A stretch of 10,459 bases of DNA from Escherichia coli (GTDB lineage Bacteria; Pseudomonadota; Gammaproteobacteria; Enterobacterales; Enterobacteriaceae). This document shows, in pieces, positions 1 through 6,511 of the stretch. The stretch's first letter is position 1, and every line of letters starts with the position of its first letter. The notes under the pieces are model-generated. The model was not told where the DNA came from. It saw only the letters and a list, made by a program, of their open reading frames with translations, and did not search any database. The position numbers and the translations under genes were made by a program. The stretch lies in assembly GCF_003334765.1 (NCBI RefSeq), contig NZ_QOWT01000058.1; one strand, given 5' to 3'.

Positions 1-1016
1 ACCGAGAAAGACACTGAAGTTCAAAACACCGAAAGAGATAATTGAAAGGGGTGTTGCATTGACAGATTGAATCTACAACAGCGTATTTTGCACAGGAGTC
101 GCTGAAAAATACGCGTTAATCGAACAATGGCGACAACAATTTCCCATTGAAGCGATGTGTCAGGTATTTGGTGTATCCAGGAGCGGTTATTACAACTGGG
201 TACAGCATGAACCCTCAGACAGAAAACAAAGTGATGAGCGGCTAAAACTGGAGATTAAGGTGGCACATATCCGCACTCGCGAAACATATGGAACCCGGCG
301 GCTCCAGACGGAGCTGGCAGAGAATGGCATCATCGTTGGTCGTGACCGACTGGCACGTCTTCGTAAGGAGCTAAGGCTACGCTGTAAGCAGAAACGCAAG
401 TTCAGAGCGACTACGAACTCGAACCACAATCTGCCAGTTGCGCCAAATCTGCTGAACCAGACGTTCGCTCCTACAGCACCAAATCAGGTCTGGGTGGCGG
501 ACCTGACGTATGTTGCCACACAGGAGGGATGGTTGTACCTCGCTGGCATCAAAGATGTTTATACGTGCGAAATTGTCGGCTACGCCATGGGAGAGCGCAT
601 GACAAAAGAGCTGACAGGTAAAGCCCTGTTTATGGCGCTCAGGAGCCAGCGCCCACCTGCCGGGCTAATCCACCACTCTGATCGAGGTTCACAGTACTGC
701 GCATACGATTACCGGGTCATACAGGAGCAGTTTGGTCTGAAAACATCAATGTCGCGTAAAGGTAACTGTTACGACAACGCTCCGATGGAAAGCTTCTGGG
801 GAACGCTGAAAAATGAGAGCCTGAGCCACTATCGTTTTAATAACCGGGATGAAGCCATCTCAGTAATACGGGAATACATTGAGATTTTCTACAATCGTCA
901 GCGTCGTCACTCTCGTCTGGGGAATATCTCCCCGGCAGCCTTCAGGGAAAAATATCATCAGATGGCTGCTTAAAAAAAGAACAAATGGTAGTGTCCGCTA
1001 TTGCCAGTACACCTCA
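1..1016 (+). mobile_element. IS3-family insertion sequence (possibly IS600-like), 3' ~1 kb; left end lies outside the window
   Basis: OrfB frame is open from 71 and contains the 272-aa ORF 155..973. An OrfA-like C-terminal tail (QIESTTAYFAQESLKNTR, 63..119) sits in the frame that is -1-shifted relative to OrfB, the usual IS3-family arrangement. The proposed right end CCAGTACACCTCA (1004..1016) ends in CA; its reverse complement TGAGGTGTACTGGCAATAGCGGACAC resembles IS3-type terminal repeats as I recall them. The right boundary is an estimate. Confidence 0.7.
155..973 (+). CDS. IS3-family transposase OrfB (DDE integrase-core domain)
   Basis: 272-aa ORF with typical IS3 OrfB features: N-terminal VSRSGYY motif, WLYLA...D, HSDRGSQY and CYDNAPMESFWGTLK motifs. 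In IS3 elements this frame is normally expressed as an OrfAB fusion by -1 frameshifting; the frame is open upstream to 71. The specific IS name is from memory only. Confidence 0.9.
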   Translation: MCQVFGVSRSGYYNWVQHEPSDRKQSDERLKLEIKVAHIRTRETYGTRRLQTELAENGIIVGRDRLARLRKELRLRCKQKRKFRATTNSNHNLPVAPNLLNQTFAPTAPNQVWVADLTYVATQEGWLYLAGIKDVYTCEIVGYAMGERMTKELTGKALFMALRSQRPPAGLIHHSDRGSQYCAYDYRVIQEQFGLKTSMSRKGNCYDNAPMESFWGTLKNESLSHYRFNNRDEAISVIREYIEIFYNRQRRHSRLGNISPAAFREKYHQMAA

Positions 1017-1447
1017 CGCTTCCAGTCTTCGCGGTCGTTGTCGATAACTTCTTTTTTTGCCCAGCGATGGATGCTGCCGTCAATGTTTCCGGCATCCACA
1101 TCACTAGGCCAGAGAGCGTAGGCCAGTTCGTCATCCAGTGTTTTCCATGTCTGCTTGTATTCGCGATGAATGGCAGCAATGACCGGGCTGATTTTTCCTG
1201 TTGAATTTTCAGTGTACTGTTGATTGGCTCTGGCGCGGGCGAGATCAACAACAGACGTGTATTTTCCGGTTTCCTTGCGTTCACCTTCGCGACGTTTTTT
1301 CCAGATGCGCATCTCTGCCTGAATTTCGGGCCATTTAGCACCAGGAATACATTTATGCTTAACCCACCCAATGGCGTGCAACTTAAGCTCCGGATACGGG
1401 TTATTCCCCTCTGAACAGGCGCGTAAGGACTGGCAAAACGCCCGCAA
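998..1447 (-). CDS. hypothetical protein (phage-like), 3' end runs into the IS3-family element
   Basis: 149-codon ORF with protein-like composition, but the first codon is TTG and the first ATG is 46 codons in. The last 5 codons plus stop (998..1016) lie inside the proposed IS terminal sequence, so the native C-terminus may have been replaced by the insertion. A second minus-strand frame (970..1464) has low-complexity translation and is considered spurious. Confidence 0.3.
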   Translation of the reverse strand: MRAFCQSLRACSEGNNPYPELKLHAIGWVKHKCIPGAKWPEIQAEMRIWKKRREGERKETGKYTSVVDLARARANQQYTENSTGKISPVIAAIHREYKQTWKTLDDELAYALWPSDVDAGNIDGSIHRWAKKEVIDNDREDWKREVYWQ

Positions 1448-1466
1448 AAAACTCTCGAGGGCAAAG

Positions 1467-1637
1467 GTGAAGAAACCTGCTGTGGTTGATCCGGACCTTA
1501 TCTGGTCATCACCTGACGGAGAAATACGTCGCTACGACAGTCGCCTAAACATAATCTGTCGCGAGTGCCGGAAGAGCGAAGTTATGCAGCGCATACTGGC
1601 TTTCTATCAGGGTAATTTTCAGGACGTGGCGCAGTGA
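1467..1637 (+). CDS. small hypothetical ORF, translationally coupled (GTGA overlap) to the downstream methyltransferase-like gene
   Basis: The track ORF starts at 1371, but that would overlap the divergent minus-strand ORF. GTG at 1467 is preceded by GAGGG (1457..1461). Its stop TGA (1635..1637) overlaps the GTG start at 1634 of the next ORF. No recognised domain. Confidence 0.25.
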   Translation: MKKPAVVDPDLIWSSPDGEIRRYDSRLNIICRECRKSEVMQRILAFYQGNFQDVAQ

Positions 1638-2080
1638 GTGCACCGGCAACCATTCTTGATATGTGCTGTGGCAGCCGCATGTTCTGGTTCGATAAGTCTG
1701 ACGAACGGGCGATATTCAGCGATATCAGAAAAGAAGGATACACATTACGCAATGGGAGACGCTTGATTATCAGCCCTGACATTATCGCAGATTTTCGTGC
1801 ATTATCATTTGCAGACGCATCTTTTTCGATGGTTGTATTAGACCCTCCGCATCTTGAGAGTGTTGGTGATAACGCCTGGATGGGAAAGAAATATGGACGG
1901 CTGAATAAAGATGCCTGGCGTGATGATTCGCGACAGAGATTTAAAGAAGCCTTTCGGGTGTTGAGGCCGCACGGCGTTCTGATTTTTTAATGGAATGAAA
2001 CGCAAATACCGGTAAGCCAGATTCTGGCACTGACAGACAGAAAACCTGTTATCTGTCAACGAACAGGGAAAAAACGATAA
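1634..2080 (+). pseudogene. SAM-dependent (DNA) methyltransferase-like gene interrupted by an in-frame TAA at 1988..1990
   Basis: Translation contains a motif-I-like DMCCGSR and a motif-IV-like VVLDPPH (DPPY/NPPY class), then LRPHGVLIF before the TAA. The same frame stays open for 29 more codons (WNETQIPVSQILALTDRKPVICQRTGKKR) to TAA 2078..2080. Assignment to the N6-adenine/N4-cytosine methyltransferase class is by motif only. Confidence 0.45.
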
Positions 2081-2252
2081 AACCCACTGGATTATTTTTA
2101 TGAAAGAGGCATCCAGTGAGTAGATTCGTAAGGCTACAGATACGTATATCTGAATAATTAAATTCAGTTCTGTAAATAAAATTTAATCCTTAACCGGATG
2201 GATTTCTGCACCCTCAGAACATCAGGAGGCCGCCCGAAAGGGCGGTAGTGAA

Positions 2253-2363
2253 ATGCGAAAGTTCAAAATTATTATTGAAACGGGAATAGCTGGTGGAGAT
2301 TTTGAGGATGTATTCGAAGTGGACGATGACGCAACACCTGAGGAAATTCATGACGGAGCATAA
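2253..2363 (+). CDS. small acidic hypothetical ORF (36 aa)
   Basis: ATG 2253 to TAA 2361..2363, translation MRKFKIIIETGIAGGDFEDVFEVDDDATPEEIHDGA. AGGAGG lies at 2224..2229, separated from the ATG by a GAAA-capped hairpin (2229..2246). Below the ORF-track length cutoff and unverified. Confidence 0.2.
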   Translation: MRKFKIIIETGIAGGDFEDVFEVDDDATPEEIHDGA

Positions 2364-2412
2364 GAAATTTTCTTTAACTACTGCAATTACTCATACCACG
2401 AAATAAAAGACG

Positions 2413-2604
2413 ATGAGGAAGAACAAAGTGGCTGATTTTTGTTCAGCTAAATATAACATCAGTTTTGAAGAGCGGGATGAACTATTAATGGACTATGGTG
2501 AGTTACGCGGTGGAAGTGCTGCTGATGTCGAATCCTAGCGTGATGACTATGAAGCGGGAAAAACTCCGGTCGAAGCATATTGTGATGAGTGGGGCGATGA
2601 ATGA
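2413..2604 (+). pseudogene. short ORF interrupted by in-frame TAG (2536..2538); probable decayed prophage gene
   Basis: ATG 2413, 41 codons, TAG, then 21 more open codons to TGA 2602..2604. The alternative frame is also open, which fits decayed coding DNA. Confidence 0.2.
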
Positions 2605-2888
2605 GCGAGATTAATTATCAGGAAGGGCATGAAACGGCGGGGCAAGCAAAACCAGTGGCATGGCGATATCGCTACGTGAAAAAAGGCGTTACGGACTTTC
2701 AGGGGAAGTAGTGGTCTGGTGACTGGAAATATGTACCGAAAAAAGAGGATTGTAACGACAGGCCGAACTATCAAATTCAGGCCTTATTCACTGCCTCACC
2801 AGTCCCAGTTACATCAGAAGAACTGGTTAAAGCTGTGCACTTTTATGAACAACTAAAACGCGAAAATCCACCAACATCCGGCAACTAG
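2601..2888 (+). pseudogene. short ORF interrupted by in-frame TAG (2709..2711); probable decayed prophage gene
   Basis: ATG 2601 overlaps the upstream stop (ATGA). 36 codons, TAG, then 58 further open codons (WSGDWKYVPKKEDCNDRPNYQIQALFTASPVPVTSEELVKAVHFYEQLKRENPPTSGN) to TAG 2886..2888. Confidence 0.25.
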
Positions 2889-3142
2889 ATTAATGGATTA
2901 ACTATGTCGGTTAAACGACCAGCCAACTGAAAAAGCGGAAACCTGATTACAGGTTGCCAGATAAGGCAATGAGCTACCTGGCGCGGAACGGACTGATAAG
3001 TATGGGGAATGTTTTACGATGAACCTTTAGACTAAAGAGTTTGTAACGCTATGTAAGTGATTTTTTCTGGTTTAGATATTTATATGTCCGGCCAAATTGA
3101 GGTGTGTTTAAATGTAATTGCACATTGATTGTAGGAGGAATA

Positions 3143-3322
3143 ATGAAAAACGCATTGCAGTTTTTGTTTGTTGCGTTCTGGTTGTTCGCATCATGTATGC
3201 CCATCATCTTCACAGCAAGGTATATGGAAAAAGTTGATGTTTTGATATTAATATTTGGATATATAAATGCCCTTTTTTTAGGGGTGTTCATGGCGGTCAT
3301 GTGCATTGAATACTGGCGGTAA
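3143..3322 (+). CDS. small predicted membrane protein (59 aa, two hydrophobic helices) in an AT-rich islet
   Basis: Strong Shine-Dalgarno AGGAGG (3133..3138) 4 nt before ATG 3143. Translation MKNALQFLFVAFWLFASCMPIIFTARYMEKVDVLILIFGYINALFLGVFMAVMCIEYWR has two hydrophobic segments. Local GC content is low. The track lists a longer 3104 start with no ribosome-binding site. Confidence 0.4.
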   Translation: MKNALQFLFVAFWLFASCMPIIFTARYMEKVDVLILIFGYINALFLGVFMAVMCIEYWR

Positions 3323-3508
3323 ATACAGCGAACTCCATTGGTTTAGTTGGATATTTACTGTGCTGGACAAAAACGGTTTGCGGGGAAATCTTAGTTAAGT
3401 AGAATGACTGCGGGTGCTTGAGGCTATCTGCCTCGGGCATGGACACCAACGGCAGATAGAGAAAAGCCCCAGTTAACATTACGCGTCCTGCAAGACGCTT
3501 AACATTAA

Positions 3509-3590
3509 TCTGAGGCCAATTTCATGCTAGACACATGTAGGTTAGCCTCTTACGTGCCGAAAGGCACGGAGAAGCAGGCTATTGTTAACA
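3509..3590 (+). other. degenerate relE-3'end/hok-leader-like segment (paralogous remnant of the hokD translation-initiation region), no intact toxin ORF
   Basis: 3568..3582 GGAGAAGCAGGCTAT is identical to the hokD ribosome-binding site and start region at 6857..6871. The upstream hairpin CGTGCC-GAAA-GGCACG (3553..3568) parallels CACC-GAA-GGTG (6824..6834) with compensatory changes. 3509..3537 weakly resembles 6794..6818. The start position reads ATT and only 6 codons follow before TAA. Confidence 0.4.
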
Positions 3591-3627
3591 CCAAGCTGTA
3601 ATGTCCCCTTTGAACCATTCTAAAATG

Positions 3628-3654
3628 TCCCCAGACAATTCTCTGGGGGATTTT
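3628..3654 (+). other. stem-loop CCCCAGA-caattc-TCTGGGG plus T-run directly upstream of the transposase start
   Basis: 7-bp perfect stem followed by GATTTTTC, ending 2 nt before ATG 3657. It is terminator-like; it may insulate the transposase gene from read-in transcription or be part of the IS end. Confidence 0.4.
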
Positions 3655-3656
3655 TC

Positions 3657-4970
3657 ATGATCAAAGAGACTGTTACGATGAGTCATAAGGAACTCCACCG
3701 ACTTCAGATTATTCAGGAACAAGCTGCGGCACGCATTGGCATTTCTATTCGGCAGGTTAAACGTCTGGTGCAACGGTATAGAAATGAAGGGCCTTCTGGT
3801 CTGGTTTCCCACCGACGTGGAAAGCGTCCTAATAATTCCTTTTCTACTGAATTCAGAGCAACAGTAATTTCACTCCTCAAAGGCCGTTACGCTGATTTTG
3901 GACCTACGTTTGCGTGCGAAAAATTGCGCGAGATACACGGTTTATCTTTATCCGTTGAAACTCTCAGAAAGTGGATGATAGAAGAGGGGTTATGGCGTGA
4001 ACGCCGTCGTAAAATTGCCCGTATATATCAACGCCGCATGCGACGACCATCTTACGGTGAACTGATCCAGATTGATGGCTCACCTCATGACTGGTTTGAA
4101 AATCGAGGCCCCAGATGTACACTGATCGTTTTCATTGATGATGCCACCAGTGCGTTGATGGCGTTGCGTTTTGTGCCTGCTGAAACAACCCGGGCTTACA
4201 TGGAAACCCTCCGGGGTTACCTTAATGATCATGGCGTACCGCTCGCTCTCTACTCTGATAGACACAGTATATTCAGGGTAAATAACCCAGAGCGGGAAGG
4301 TGAGCTGACCCAGTTCACTCGTGCGATAAAGACACTGGGCATCGAGCCAATCCATGCCAACAGCCCGCAGGCAAAAGGGCGGGTAGAGCGCGCCAATCAG
4401 ACACTACAGGACAGGCTGGTCAAAGAAATGCGGCTTCAGAATATCAGTGATATTGAAACAGCAAATGCATGGTTGCCGACCTTTATTGAAGCCTATAACA
4501 ACCGGTTCGCTACGTCGCCTCGTACTACTGATAATGCTCATCTTGATGTGCACCATTCTGAAGAGGAACTGGGTTATATCTTCAGCCTACAGGCGAAGCG
4601 CGTTCTGTCTAAAAATCTCACTTTCCAGTACAAAAGCAGTGCGTTTCAGGTACGCAGTGAGGGCCGGGGATATCGACTTAGGCATTCGGTTGTTACTGTA
4701 TGCGAGAACTTTGACGGTGAAATTAACGTTCTGTATGACGGGAAAGCGCTGGGCTGGGAAAAGTATGTTGATGGCCCGGAGCCTATACCACTGGATGATG
4801 AAAAGAGTGTCCATGAACGAGTGGATAATGCCCGTATTGATTTACGCTCAAAATACTATGTTAAACCTAAAGCTGACCATCCCTGGCTTACGCGCCGAAC
4901 GCAAAGTCATCAGCAAGTTAAGCCCCCGAAGTTACCTAAAAAGAAGCCTGATCCCGATAAAAAAGATTGA
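3657..4970 (+). CDS. DDE transposase with N-terminal helix-turn-helix and integrase-core domain (ISNCY/IS1202-group or IS481-like)
   Basis: 437-aa ORF. The N-terminus (RIGISIRQVKRLVQRYRNEG) looks like a helix-turn-helix. Candidate catalytic residues are D in IQIDGSPHDW, D in ALYSDRHSIF and E in KGRVERANQTL. The basic lysine/proline-rich C-terminus is typical of transposases. GGGGGA precedes the ATG by 7 nt. Family assignment is from memory. Confidence 0.85.
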   Translation: MIKETVTMSHKELHRLQIIQEQAAARIGISIRQVKRLVQRYRNEGPSGLVSHRRGKRPNNSFSTEFRATVISLLKGRYADFGPTFACEKLREIHGLSLSVETLRKWMIEEGLWRERRRKIARIYQRRMRRPSYGELIQIDGSPHDWFENRGPRCTLIVFIDDATSALMALRFVPAETTRAYMETLRGYLNDHGVPLALYSDRHSIFRVNNPEREGELTQFTRAIKTLGIEPIHANSPQAKGRVERANQTLQDRLVKEMRLQNISDIETANAWLPTFIEAYNNRFATSPRTTDNAHLDVHHSEEELGYIFSLQAKRVLSKNLTFQYKSSAFQVRSEGRGYRLRHSVVTVCENFDGEINVLYDGKALGWEKYVDGPEPIPLDDEKSVHERVDNARIDLRSKYYVKPKADHPWLTRRTQSHQQVKPPKLPKKKPDPDKKD

Positions 4971-5366
4971 AACCAAGATCGATTCGGTTGAGTGCATATC
5001 CATTCATAGGGTAGATTCTTAAGTCGCGTTTCTGGTGTTCATTTTCGGGTGGTTTGTTACTTGTTTTACCGGGGATATGCCAGAAACGCGCTGAGTCAGT
5101 CTGGGCGGTGCGCGTAATGAGGCGTTATGGTAAATAGCCTATGCTAATGTCCGCTAAGAGCAAGAAGCGGAAGTTGGCAGTTTTGTGGACTGTCCCCACA
5201 AAAGTGACTACAGAAATAGTTGCAATTCATAATTGATCATGGGTTGTCAGTTAAACTCGTGGCGATTTAAATAGACTAATTGGGAGTGCGTCCATTACTT
5301 ATATCTTGTAATGTTAACTATCAGAAATGATACAAAGATAATATGTCTTTAAAGAAAAGGCTGATG

Positions 5367-5392
5367 GCGAAAAGTGGCCCGATGAGGGCCAC
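5367..5392 (-). terminator. rho-independent terminator of flxA
   Basis: Hairpin GTGGCCC-gatga-GGGCCAC (5374..5392). On the minus strand it is followed by TTTTCGCC, 14 nt downstream of the flxA stop. Confidence 0.5.
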
Positions 5393-5406
5393 AATACGGC
5401 TGTCAC

Positions 5407-5739
5407 TTAGACGTAAATATCAATGGTGCCAGCGGTATTTGTATCGTCTTTTTTCTCTTCTTTTTTATCAGGCTGAACTGTCGCGTCTTCATTCTTTTTC
5501 TCTGCCTGCTGCCTTAACAACTGCTCCAGTTGAGCCCAGAGGCTTTCAATTTGCTTCTGTACCAATGCAGCCATTTCTTTTTTCTGCTGTGTCGTCATCC
5601 CCTCTTCCGATGAGATTTTCCCAAGCTTTTCAGTCAGCACCTGAATTTGTCTTGTGATTTTGGCTATTTCTGATGTTCCTTCCGGGGCGGAGTTGTTTGA
5701 AATAACGGTTGAGGTATTTCCCTGAATTGTGACAGACAT
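5407..5739 (-). CDS. flxA: FlxA (FliA-regulated prophage protein)
   Basis: 110-aa ORF (MSVTIQGNTSTVISNNSAPEG...QQKKEMAALVQKQIESLWAQLEQLL...) recognised from memory as E. coli FlxA. GGAG lies 7 nt upstream of the ATG on the minus strand, and a sigma-28 promoter lies just upstream. Confidence 0.85.
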   Translation of the reverse strand: MSVTIQGNTSTVISNNSAPEGTSEIAKITRQIQVLTEKLGKISSEEGMTTQQKKEMAALVQKQIESLWAQLEQLLRQQAEKKNEDATVQPDKKEEKKDDTNTAGTIDIYV

Positions 5740-5762
5740 AGATTTCTCCTTTTAAAAAAGCA

Positions 5763-5789
5763 CTATCGGCATGCACAAAAAAATCTTTA
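5763..5789 (-). promoter_or_regulatory. sigma-28 (FliA) promoter for flxA
   Basis: Minus strand reads TAAAGATT-N11-GCCGATAG against the class-3 flagellar consensus TAAAGTTT-N11-GCCGATAA (14/16). The -10 element ends about 24 nt upstream of the flxA ATG. Confidence 0.6.
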
Positions 5790-5941
5790 ATCGTATTTCT
5801 TGTGTCATTAATTGTTTGATGTTCAGATTGTTTTCCTCGCGGGCTGGCGCGCCTCAGAAAGTAAAGCTTGTTGACAGGGGTAAACGTTCGGCAATAATTT
5901 TCTGCCGCATGCGGGTGTTGCATAAAACGTGTTACGTTCCT

Positions 5942-6247
5942 TTATCGACAGGTCAGGTCACCGCTCACCCGCCGACGAGAAAGCAACACTGACATGCTAA
6001 AGCAAAAAATAGATGAATAAGTTGAGTTGTGCATATGTAGCCTGACCGTCACAAAGTATATGGTGTCTGTACCAGTAAGATGATGGCCGGACTCTTTAAA
6101 AACGAGCTGACCTGCACAATACAGGATGGACTTAGCAATGGCTGCTCCTGGCACAAAGCGGACAGTGATCACCGTTCTTACGACTACTTTCTGACTTCCT
6201 TCGTGACTTGCCCTAAGCATGTTGTAGTGCGATACTTGTAATGACAT
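5942..6247 (-). CDS. ydfV: YdfV-like hypothetical ORF (doubtful coding status)
   Basis: 101-codon ORF at the position where K-12 annotates ydfV, as I recall. Its ATG (6245..6247) lies inside the relBE operator repeats and the translation is S/T/C-rich and poorly protein-like, so it is kept at low confidence. Confidence 0.4.
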   Translation of the reverse strand: MSLQVSHYNMLRASHEGSQKVVVRTVITVRFVPGAAIAKSILYCAGQLVFKESGHHLTGTDTIYFVTVRLHMHNSTYSSIFCFSMSVLLSRRRVSGDLTCR

Positions 6248-6259
6248 TTGTAATTACAA
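6208..6259 (+). promoter_or_regulatory. relBE promoter and operator (relO)
   Basis: -35 TTGCCC (6208..6213), 17-nt spacer, -10 GATACT (6231..6236). TTGTAAT repeats at 6236..6242 and 6248..6254, and the palindrome TTGTAATTACAA (6248..6259), lie between the promoter and the relB ATG at 6272. This is the classic RelB-RelE autoregulation site. Confidence 0.65.
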
Positions 6260-6271
6260 GAGGTGTAAGAC

Positions 6272-6511
6272 ATGGGTAGCATTAACCTGCGTATTGACGA
6301 TGAACTTAAAGCGCGTTCTTACGCCGCGCTTGAAAAAATGGGTGTAACTCCTTCTGAAGCGCTTCGTCTCATGCTCGAGTATATCGCTGACAATGAACGC
6401 TTGCCGTTCAAACAGACACTCCTGAGTGATGAAGATGCTGAACTTGTGGAGATAGTGAAAGAACGGCTTCGTAATCCTAAGCCAGTACGTGTGACGCTGG
6501 ATGAACTCTGA
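6272..6511 (+). CDS. relB: RelB antitoxin
   Basis: 79-aa ORF MGSINLRIDDELKARSYAALEKMGVTPSEALRLMLEYIADNERLPFKQTLLSDEDAELVEIVKERLRNPKPVRVTLDEL, near-identical to E. coli RelB from memory. Its stop overlaps the relE start (TGATG). Confidence 0.93.
   Translation: MGSINLRIDDELKARSYAALEKMGVTPSEALRLMLEYIADNERLPFKQTLLSDEDAELVEIVKERLRNPKPVRVTLDEL

Noticed and set aside
190-429. Antisense and alternate-frame ORFs inside the IS3 transposase gene (190..429 minus, 879..1121 plus)
   Set aside because: Fully embedded in a well-supported transposase gene; composition looks like frame-shadow ORFs.
970-1464. 164-codon minus-strand ORF overlapping the 149-codon minus-strand ORF in another frame
   Set aside because: Translation is low-complexity and not protein-like, it overlaps a more plausible frame throughout, and it extends deep into the IS end.
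3424-3459. 9-bp inverted repeat CTATCTGCC...GGCAGATAG (18-nt loop) and nearby GTTAACATTA direct repeats as a possible attachment site or small RNA
   Set aside because: No promoter or terminator context and no flanking tRNA or integrase; too little to call a feature, and it sits in the decayed relE/hok-like remnant.
4080-5022. ORFs 4080..4355 minus, 4447..5022 plus and 4587..4814 minus overlapping the 437-aa transposase
   Set aside because: They overlap the transposase coding frame and lack ribosome-binding sites; likely spurious.
3597-5314. 8-bp direct repeat TGTAATGT flanking the transposase gene as a target-site duplication
   Set aside because: An 8-mer match between two flanks of a few hundred bp is expected by chance, and the implied ends show no inverted repeats.
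5343-5992. ORFs 5343..5657 plus, 5630..5923 minus and 5771..5992 plus around flxA
   Set aside because: Antisense to or overlapping flxA and its sigma-28 promoter; no independent support.
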